DNA of 64,000 nt from a virus, in the IMG/VR virus record IMGVR_UViG_3300044647_001247, positions 32,001 to 96,000 of that record, one strand, 5' to 3'. Position 1 is the first letter of the stretch, and every line of letters starts with the position of its first letter. The notes below the pieces were generated by a model, which saw only the letters and a list, made by a program, of their open reading frames with translations, made no database searches and had not been told where the DNA came from. A program made the translations under genes and the position numbers. Shown piece after piece: positions 1 to 7,294 of the stretch.

Positions 1-2
1 AA

Positions 3-1193
3 AGTGCTATTAACCAAGTTGTACGTGTAAGTGCAAATGGTGTAGGTCTTACAGCTGATGAAACTTACAGACTTCGTATAGATCTTAAAGGTTCTCCTGC
101 ATTACGGTATTTAAGTCATCAATTGTATAGAGTTGTTGATTATTGGTCTGGTTGTGTAAATACAACTACTGCTACACATAAAAAAGATCCAGTGATGGCT
201 TTGTTAGCATGGAAAGATCAAATTAACACCTATCCTTTGTTTGATCAAATGGTTAAGGCTCGTGTGTATAAGTATGTAACTGTACTTTCTGCTACAGGTG
301 CTGCTACTGGTGTAACTACTCTTCAGGCTACTATTCCTATGACTAGTACCACTGGTGTTGTAGTGGGTCAAAAAGTTATCGGTACTGGTATTCCTGCTAA
401 TAGCTTTGTAACCACTGTAACTGCTAATACAAGTATTGTTGTTAAATTTCCTGCACAAGCTGTAGCTCCTACTATTGGTGCGGCTGTATCTATGCAGTTT
501 TTTAGTGATGTATACACTGAAGCTGGTACAGTAGCTCTTATTCCTGGTACAAGTGTAGCAACTGGTTTAACTTCTACTGCTTACTCAGCAGATGCTGATG
601 CAGCTAGTTTCACCTACACTCAGCAGCCTCATATTGAATTAACACTTGGTTTTGTAGAAACTACTTTTGGTGCATGTACTTTCACTCCTACTGATAAGTA
701 TGAACTGGAACCTTTGGTAGCATATCTTTCTGTAATTGACGAGAGTGGTGACGTATGTATTTCTGCTCCTTTTGTAGCAAATACTGCTGCTATCACTGCT
801 GCCAATCCTTATTTATCTAGCCATGGTATTGAGATTCAAGCTGTTCAGCAAGTTTCTGGACTGGGTGAAACCTTATTACGTGAATTGATTTTGGACGGAC
901 GTTATCTTCAGAATGCCTATCCTGATAGTTCTAGAGTGGAACATCTGCGTATGCGTGAGATTGAAGCAGATCCTATGTTAGCTCAAGTTACACGTAGTGC
1001 TTTATATGATAAAGTAATTGTTCTTCATAACGTTCCTCGTTGGAACAATCCTAACGGAACTTATGATAATGATCAATATGCTTTAGTATTTAATGTAACG
1101 GCCGGTACAGCTACCACTGCTATTACTAACTATTTCGTTACTGCCGCAAACGCTGCTCAGGGTGCTAACACCATTGCTTTAGAAACTTATTAA
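3..1193 (+). CDS. Virion structural protein, probably auxiliary/minor capsid protein of crAss-like phages (5'-truncated by window edge)
   Basis: Frame is open from nt 3 (SAINQVVRVSANG...TYRLRIDLKGSPALRYLSH), so the TTG start at 123 is not the real start. Thr/Ala-rich, followed by a strong terminator. Position fits the crAss-like capsid module. Confidence 0.65.
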   Translation, partial: SAINQVVRVSANGVGLTADETYRLRIDLKGSPALRYLSHQLYRVVDYWSGCVNTTTATHKKDPVMALLAWKDQINTYPLFDQMVKARVYKYVTVLSATGAATGVTTLQATIPMTSTTGVVVGQKVIGTGIPANSFVTTVTANTSIVVKFPAQAVAPTIGAAVSMQFFSDVYTEAGTVALIPGTSVATGLTSTAYSADADAASFTYTQQPHIELTLGFVETTFGACTFTPTDKYELEPLVAYLSVIDESGDVCISAPFVANTAAITAANPYLSSHGIEIQAVQQVSGLGETLLRELILDGRYLQNAYPDSSRVEHLRMREIEADPMLAQVTRSALYDKVIVLHNVPRWNNPNGTYDNDQYALVFNVTAGTATTAITNYFVTAANAAQGANTIALETY

Positions 1194-1215
1194 GCAATTT
1201 AATCCTATAACAATC

Positions 1216-1250
1216 AGGGAGAGTGTACAGTTGTGCACCTCCCTTTTTGT
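1216..1250 (+). terminator. Rho-independent terminator
   Basis: GGGAGAGTGTACA-GT-TGTGCACCTCCC hairpin followed by TTTTTGTTTTT. Confidence 0.85.
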
Positions 1251-1294
1251 TTTTGGAAAAGTGGTAAAAATTCAGTAAATTAATATTGAGGAGT
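1251..1294 (+). promoter_or_regulatory. Putative late promoter, copy 1
   Basis: TTTTGG upstream of AAAAATTCAGTAAATTAATATTGAGGAGT (1266-1294), which is 26/29 identical to 6761-6789. Lies directly after a terminator. Confidence 0.65.
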
Positions 1295-1333
1295 TGTATT
1301 TAAAATTATAATAAATTATAAAAGTTTATATCA

Positions 1334-1876
1334 ATGGCTAGTAAACATCAGTTAAGTTTAGAAATACTAGAGACTAATAATACAAAGGTGTTTAGAGTGG
1401 CTGATACTAGCACCTACAGTGATAATATTCCTGTAGATTGTGGTCTTTTACAAATTACTTCTCCCGGGTTTAGTCAACCTGTAAATATAGATGTGCAAAG
1501 TGGCTTTAATTTAATATTAAATGCATGTACATTAGGTATACAAAGTTCTGGTTGTGAGAATGCTCAAGTTTTACCAGATGGTGTGTATACAATTCGTTTT
1601 TCTGTTTCTCCTAATTCTGTAGTTTATGTTGAGTATGATCATTTGAGAATAACTCAAACTAACAATCTTTATTATAAAGAATTGTGTAAACTTGAAATGT
1701 CTGCTTGTGAACCAGATGCTGATGTAAAAGAACAATTAAAAGAACTTTCTTTAATTAAGAATTTTATTGATGGTGCCAAAGCAAAGGTGGAATATTGTGC
1801 TGATTTAGAAACAGGAATGGATATGTTAATATATGCTCAAAAAAGACTTCTTAAATTAGTTGATTCTTGTAATTAA
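1334..1876 (+). CDS. Conserved virion structural protein (head/tail junction region)
   Basis: 180-aa ORF with A-rich leader, several Cys, in the structural operon. Confidence 0.6.
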   Translation: MASKHQLSLEILETNNTKVFRVADTSTYSDNIPVDCGLLQITSPGFSQPVNIDVQSGFNLILNACTLGIQSSGCENAQVLPDGVYTIRFSVSPNSVVYVEYDHLRITQTNNLYYKELCKLEMSACEPDADVKEQLKELSLIKNFIDGAKAKVEYCADLETGMDMLIYAQKRLLKLVDSCN

Positions 1877-1892
1877 TAAAAAAACCAATTTT

Positions 1893-2030
1893 ATGGGACA
1901 GTGTTCATATTGCAAATCTCCTTTCACTTGTTCATGTCAAATAAGAGTTGCCTCAGATGGTACAAAACTTTGTGCTAGTTGCGTTCCTATTTATGAACAA
2001 TTATTACAAAATAATATAAATACTCAATAA
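1893..2030 (+). CDS. Small Cys-rich protein, 45 aa (not in ORF track)
   Basis: MGQCSYCKSPFTCSCQIRVASDGTKLCASCVPIYEQLLQNNINTQ*. CxxC/CxC/CxxC pattern; fills the gap between neighbours; AAAACCAATTTT leader. Confidence 0.7.
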   Translation: MGQCSYCKSPFTCSCQIRVASDGTKLCASCVPIYEQLLQNNINTQ

Positions 2031-2035
2031 TAATA

Positions 2036-2626
2036 ATGAGAAATTTACTTCCTAATGTAATAGGGCATAATAAGACATATGCTAATGCTGTGGAACAATT
2101 ATTTAAGTCCATAAGATATGGAATTAATAGTTGTAAAACAAAGTCTTCTTATGATCAAGCTGTTATAAGAAAGCAAATTGTTAGTTGGCAACTTAATGAA
2201 GATAATGATGCTTTAACAACTGCTTCTATACAATATAACACTTGGCTTCCAGTTACTTATGAAGTGAATACTTCCGGAGCTATTGAGTCTGGAGGTTCTT
2301 CTCAATGTTCTCCTGCAGCACTATCTTTAGGATATACCTATCCAGGTGGAACACAGAATATTATTGATGTTAATAGTGGTGGTTGTATAACTAGAATTAA
2401 TCTAAACCCCACTGTAAATATTGGTGGAGGAACTGCTGATTATATTCATACACAATCTGTTGCTGCAACCACTTGGAATATAACTCACAATTTAGGTTTT
2501 ATTCCAAATGTATTTGTATTAGACGGGTCTGGTGTAGAAATTATTGGTTCTGTAACCTCTGCTACAACAACAACATTGGTATTAACTTTTTCTCAATCTG
2601 TTTCTGGAACAGCATATTTAACTTAA
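2036..2626 (+). CDS. Virion structural protein with C-terminal beta domain typical of fibre-associated proteins
   Basis: C-terminal YIHTQSVAATTWNITHNLG...LVLTFSQSVSGTAYLT module; directly precedes fibre gene. Confidence 0.6.
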   Translation: MRNLLPNVIGHNKTYANAVEQLFKSIRYGINSCKTKSSYDQAVIRKQIVSWQLNEDNDALTTASIQYNTWLPVTYEVNTSGAIESGGSSQCSPAALSLGYTYPGGTQNIIDVNSGGCITRINLNPTVNIGGGTADYIHTQSVAATTWNITHNLGFIPNVFVLDGSGVEIIGSVTSATTTTLVLTFSQSVSGTAYLT

Positions 2627-2627
2627 G

Positions 2628-5288
2628 ATGCCATCTAAAAAATATCTACATGATATTGACTTAGTTCAAAATCAGCTATTAAATGCTGTTTTAGATAGTA
2701 GATCATCTGCTCCTGCTTCTGGAGTGGATGGGCAGATTTATTATAATAATGCATCAAAGCAGTTTTTTTATTATAATGGAACAACCACTTTATGGCAAGC
2801 AATAGCTGGGGCTGGACTAACAAACCCAATGACTGCATTAGGTGACATTATATATGGTGGAGCTTCTGGTGCTGTTACAAGACTAGCTGGTAACATCACT
2901 ACAACTAAACAGTTTCTATCACAAACTGGTACAGGATCTGCTTCTGCTGCTCCAACTTGGGCAACATTAGCAGGATCTGATATAACAGGAGCTGCACTTA
3001 CTAGTAGTAATGACACTAACGTAACTATTACACTTGGTGGAACTCCAGCTACTTCTTTACTTAGAGCAGCTTCTTTGACATTAGGATGGACAGGTACACT
3101 TGCCGTGGCAAGAGGAGGTACAGGTCTTGGAACTCTAGGTACAGCAAATCAACTCATAAGAGTTAATGCAGGTGGTACAGCTTTAGAATATTTTACGTCA
3201 ACATTCCTCACAGCTAACCAAACAATCACTCTTACAGGAGTGGTGACAGGATCAGGAACAACATCTATTACAACAGCTATTGCTAACGGAGCCATTACAA
3301 ATGCTATGTTAGCTAATGGAGCTGTAGCTAACTTAAGTGGTACCAATAGTGGAGACAATGCTGTAAACTCTTTATATTCAGGATTGGTATCTAATGCTAC
3401 ACACACGGGTGATGCTACAGGTGCAACAACATTAACTGTTGTAGCATTAAGAGGTGTGGCTCTACCTGCATTAGGAGCATCTGCAGGATTTTTGAGATAT
3501 ACAGGAACAGGTACTAATACATGGGTGTTTGATACCAGTGTATACATCACTGCCAACCAAACTATAACATTAACAGGAAACGTAACAGGTTCAGGAACCA
3601 CTGCTATAACAACTACAATAGGAACTAACGTAGTTACAAACGCTATGCTTGCCCAAATAGCAACTGCAAGAATAAGAGGTAGGGTAACCGCAGGCACAGG
3701 TAATGTTGAGGACTTAACAGGCACACAAGCAACCACGCTATTAGATTCATTTGCAGGAAGTGTAAAAGGTTTAGTTCCTGTTAGTGTAGGTGGTACAACT
3801 AATTTCCTTCGTGCAGATGGAGTTTGGGCAGCACCAGCAGGTGGTGGAGGTGGAGGAAGCCCAGCAGGTTCTAATACACAAATACAATACAACAATAGTG
3901 GAGCATTTGGAGCAAGTGCAAGTTTAACTTGGGATGGAACAGCTATAACAGCACCATTATACAAGAGAGTAGCTGCAATTCCTGTTAACACCGTATCTGA
4001 TGCTATTTTACTAGAAAATACAACAGCAGCAACAGGTGTTTTCCCTAATGTTGGTTTTTCTCCTGCTATACACTTTAAGGGTACAGGATGGCCTAATCCC
4101 GGTTCATCTTCTGTTCCTATTGACATGAGAATGTACCTCACAAGTGAATCGTTTGGACAAGCATCAGGTAGGTTTGTGTTGGACTACTCAAGCAATGGTT
4201 CTGCGTACAAAGAAGCACTTGTTGTTGACGCTTCCACTTCTTTTAATACCACACTTCTTAGGTTGATAGCTCCCGGCGCAGGAGCGGTATTGGAAACGCA
4301 AGGAGCAAGTGTGTTGTTTACAAAATTAGGAGGTCAGCACGATATAGTATTTGGAGATGGGACTGTAGCTTATTTTTCTTTTAGAACAGATGCTTCTACA
4401 ACTAAAATGAGCATTAGAAATTACAGCGGAAGTGCTGATTTGTTAACAGTATTTAGAACATCAGGTAATGTAGTTATAGCAAATACATCAGACAACGGAG
4501 TAGATAAACTACAAGTTAACGGTTCTGCAATAGCAACTTCATTAAAAATAACAGGTGGAACAGCAGCACAAATACTTGCAGCAGATGGCTCTGTTATAAC
4601 AGCAGGAACGGGTATAACCATATCAGGTGGAACTATTAGCTCTACGGGTGGTGGTGGTGGAGGAACTACTACATTCGCAGTAACATTTAATAATAGTGGA
4701 ACAGGTGCAGCTTCTAGTACTACTTTTGATGGGTCGGCAGCAAGAACAATATCATACAACACTATAGGTGCCAATAAGGTTATTACATCAGGTGCTTCTG
4801 CTCCAACAGGTGGTGTAGATGGAGATATTTATTTACAAACAGATATTTCTTTTTTAACAGGAAGTGGTGCTGCAAATCAAATAGCATACTTTTCAAGTGC
4901 TACAGCAGTAGTAGGAAGTAACGACTATCAATGGGATAATACAAATAAAATACTTACAGTTAATGGATTATTTAGAGGAACTGTAACAGCTAATAGACAA
5001 ACTGCATCATATACACTTGTACTAGGAGACAATGGTAAGTTAATTGAAATGAATGTAGGTTCTGCTAATAACTTAACCGTTCCTTTAAATTCAAGTGTAG
5101 CTTTTCCAATAGGAACACAAATAGATGTAATTCAATATGGTGCAGGGCAAACAACAATAGTAGCAACAAGTGGTGTAACAATAAATAGTCAAAGTGGTTA
5201 TTTAAAAATAGGGGTGAGATATTCAGCAGTAACTCTTATTAAAATAGGAACAAACGAATGGTATTGTATTGGTAATCTAGTAGCTTAA
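2628..5288 (+). CDS. Tail fibre protein 1 (886 aa)
   Basis: Gly/Thr/Ala-rich. Typical fibre modules: GTLAVARGGTG, TANQTITLTG x2, GSNTQIQYNNSGAF, C-terminal YTLVLGDNGKLIEM...WYCIGNL domain. Confidence 0.85.
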   Translation: MPSKKYLHDIDLVQNQLLNAVLDSRSSAPASGVDGQIYYNNASKQFFYYNGTTTLWQAIAGAGLTNPMTALGDIIYGGASGAVTRLAGNITTTKQFLSQTGTGSASAAPTWATLAGSDITGAALTSSNDTNVTITLGGTPATSLLRAASLTLGWTGTLAVARGGTGLGTLGTANQLIRVNAGGTALEYFTSTFLTANQTITLTGVVTGSGTTSITTAIANGAITNAMLANGAVANLSGTNSGDNAVNSLYSGLVSNATHTGDATGATTLTVVALRGVALPALGASAGFLRYTGTGTNTWVFDTSVYITANQTITLTGNVTGSGTTAITTTIGTNVVTNAMLAQIATARIRGRVTAGTGNVEDLTGTQATTLLDSFAGSVKGLVPVSVGGTTNFLRADGVWAAPAGGGGGGSPAGSNTQIQYNNSGAFGASASLTWDGTAITAPLYKRVAAIPVNTVSDAILLENTTAATGVFPNVGFSPAIHFKGTGWPNPGSSSVPIDMRMYLTSESFGQASGRFVLDYSSNGSAYKEALVVDASTSFNTTLLRLIAPGAGAVLETQGASVLFTKLGGQHDIVFGDGTVAYFSFRTDASTTKMSIRNYSGSADLLTVFRTSGNVVIANTSDNGVDKLQVNGSAIATSLKITGGTAAQILAADGSVITAGTGITISGGTISSTGGGGGGTTTFAVTFNNSGTGAASSTTFDGSAARTISYNTIGANKVITSGASAPTGGVDGDIYLQTDISFLTGSGAANQIAYFSSATAVVGSNDYQWDNTNKILTVNGLFRGTVTANRQTASYTLVLGDNGKLIEMNVGSANNLTVPLNSSVAFPIGTQIDVIQYGAGQTTIVATSGVTINSQSGYLKIGVRYSAVTLIKIGTNEWYCIGNLVA

Positions 5289-5290
5289 AA

Positions 5291-6037
5291 ATGAAAGCAG
5301 GGATAGTAGATAATGTTCAAAGAATAGTTACAAGTGGACTTGTATTAAACCTAGATGCAGGAAACCCACTATCGTATCCTGGAACAGGAACAGTATGGAC
5401 TGATTTAAGTGGATATGGAAATAATGCCACGTTAACAAATGGGCCAACATATTCAACAGACGGAGGTGGAAGTATATACTTCGATGGCTCTGATGATTAT
5501 GCACCAATAGGAACTAATGGATTTCCATTTGGAGCTAGTCCTGGGACATTGTCTGCTTGGACTAAAAGACAAGGAGGACCTTCTAATGAGAATATGTACC
5601 AATGGTTTATAACTTATGGAACAGGTTCTCCAGGAAGAGCTAGATTTATAGGTGCTATTGATTATCAAGATAACTTTTATCCCCTACCTACTCTTGGTTC
5701 ATTAATTGCAGGAGGATATGCAGGAGGACCTTGTCCACCAGGGTCTATAGGATGTGATGCTAGTTATGAACTTATAAAAGTGCCAGAGTTAACTTGGTTT
5801 AATTTAACAGGAACTTATGATGGACAATACGCTAGAGTATATTACAACGGGATACTTTATTTAACATATAGAGTAGACTGGAATGCATTATCTGGTAATG
5901 CTCAGCTAGCAAGACAAGTAAATGGGGGTGAATATTATAATGGATATATAGCTACTGCGTATAATTACAATCGTGCATTATCTGATGCAGAAGTCTTGCA
6001 AAACTTTAACGCACTAAAATCAAGATATGGATTATAA
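5291..6037 (+). CDS. LamG/concanavalin A-like lectin-domain virion protein
   Basis: IVTSGLVLNLDAGNPLSYPGTGTVWTDLSG, FDGSDDY, WFNLTGTYDG, YNRALSDAEVLQNFNA motifs. Confidence 0.85.
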   Translation: MKAGIVDNVQRIVTSGLVLNLDAGNPLSYPGTGTVWTDLSGYGNNATLTNGPTYSTDGGGSIYFDGSDDYAPIGTNGFPFGASPGTLSAWTKRQGGPSNENMYQWFITYGTGSPGRARFIGAIDYQDNFYPLPTLGSLIAGGYAGGPCPPGSIGCDASYELIKVPELTWFNLTGTYDGQYARVYYNGILYLTYRVDWNALSGNAQLARQVNGGEYYNGYIATAYNYNRALSDAEVLQNFNALKSRYGL

Positions 6038-6049
6038 AAACAAAATAAT

Positions 6050-6322
6050 ATGTTAACACAACCACCATTAAACAGAATCTTTATGATTCTAAACGTAAGT
6101 GAAGTATCAAAAATAGACTTCAACCAAGTTGAAGAAACTGATGCTACCACTATTAGAAAATCAATAGACGGTACAAAAACTTTTATTAAATATGAAAGTG
6201 GGTCAAATCCATCATTTTTAGGTAGTTTGACTACTAAAGAGGGTCCCTATACATATCCTCAGATATTAAATGTTTTAACCGGTTCTGCATGGACTGCTCC
6301 TATAACTGGTTCTCTTAACTAA
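6050..6322 (+). CDS. Small hypothetical protein accompanying LamG gene
   Basis: 90 aa with IDFNQVEET...TIRKSIDGTKTFIKY...GPYTY motif, in operon context. Confidence 0.65.
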   Translation: MLTQPPLNRIFMILNVSEVSKIDFNQVEETDATTIRKSIDGTKTFIKYESGSNPSFLGSLTTKEGPYTYPQILNVLTGSAWTAPITGSLN

Positions 6323-6332
6323 ATTTTAAAAT

Positions 6333-6482
6333 ATGGGATTTAGAATTAATAGTGGAGGATTCAGAGTTAGTAGTGGTGTGATGAATATTAAACCACCTAT
6401 GCAGTTGGAGACTCCGTGCTTGGAGATATTTATTTACAATATGTTTAAAACTATAAAAAATGAAAAAGATACAACCATTTAA
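6333..6482 (+). pseudogene. Short ORF, possible truncated gene remnant (49 aa)
   Basis: MGFRINSGGFRVSSGVMNIKPP... with a plausible leader; the second half looks non-coding and overlaps the next gene. Confidence 0.3.
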
Positions 6483-6738
6483 CATTTGGGTAAACGGACA
6501 AAATAAATCAGCAAAGTATATGTTTCTTCGTTGTGGAACAGATAACCTAGAAGATTCAGCAATGTTTTACTATTCACTACACGAAGCAACTTTAAACAAA
6601 GATGGTGAAGAAATTTCTGGAAATATTTTAACAGAAGGAAACATTACAATGACAGGAACACCATATACTAACTGGGAGACAAATCCTCAAGCATGGACCT
6701 GGGCTACAGGACAACTTGGTATAACAGTGTTAGTTTAA
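6460..6738 (+). CDS. Small fibre-associated hypothetical protein
   Basis: 92 aa, MKKIQPFNIWVNG...DNLEDSAMFYYSL...AWTWATGQLGITV; last gene of fibre cassette 1. Confidence 0.7.
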   Translation: MKKIQPFNIWVNGQNKSAKYMFLRCGTDNLEDSAMFYYSLHEATLNKDGEEISGNILTEGNITMTGTPYTNWETNPQAWTWATGQLGITVLV

Positions 6739-6746
6739 TATGTTGA

Positions 6747-6789
6747 TTTTTTACACTGCAAAAAATTCAGTATATTATTAGTGAGGAGT
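6747..6789 (+). promoter_or_regulatory. Putative late promoter, copy 2
   Basis: AAAAATTCAGTATATTATTAGTGAGGAGT, near-identical to 1266-1294; intergenic. Confidence 0.65.
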
Positions 6790-6801
6790 GTGTGTGTGTG
6801 T
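6788..6801. repeat. (GT)7 microsatellite
   Basis: gtgtgtgtgtgtgt read directly, immediately downstream of the promoter motif. Confidence 0.9.
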
Positions 6802-6844
6802 ATGTTTTTCATATATTTATAAATAATAATATAACTATTCAATA

Positions 6845-7294
6845 ATGCCAGATAATGTAGGATATACCCCAGGTATAGGGGCAACAGTAGCAGCAGAGGA
6901 AATACTTGGTATTTTATTCCAAAGAATAAAGCTGACTCTTGGTGCAGATGGTGTAAATGATGGAGATGTAAGTTCTTCAAATCCTATGCCAACACAAGCC
7001 CAAAAAACAGATGAATTGCTGTCAACCATACAGATGCTTATGGGAATCCTTGTAGGTATGTGCGAAAGCCTTCAAGTGGTAGATGCAGCACAAAGACAAC
7101 GTATTGCTATTGATGCTATTGCAGCAGGATTAACACTTGCCACTGTAACTACTGTAGGCACTGTATCTACTGTATCTACTGTAACAAACGTAGCTGCCCA
7201 AACTTCAATGGCAGGTATGGATAGAGAAATGTATATTAATATAGCAGACCAAACGTATGCATTGTGCATTCGTCAACACTTAAAATTTGAATAA
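6845..7294 (+). CDS. Virion fibre/spike-associated protein (149 aa)
   Basis: N-terminal DNVGYTPG...QRIKLTLGADGVNDGDVSSSNPMP module; TVx triplet repeats at 7142-7195. Confidence 0.65.
   Translation: MPDNVGYTPGIGATVAAEEILGILFQRIKLTLGADGVNDGDVSSSNPMPTQAQKTDELLSTIQMLMGILVGMCESLQVVDAAQRQRIAIDAIAAGLTLATVTTVGTVSTVSTVTNVAAQTSMAGMDREMYINIADQTYALCIRQHLKFE

Noticed and set aside
7142-7195. 9-nt tandem repeat as a CRISPR-like or regulatory array
   Set aside because: In-frame coding repeat (TVx)n without spacers
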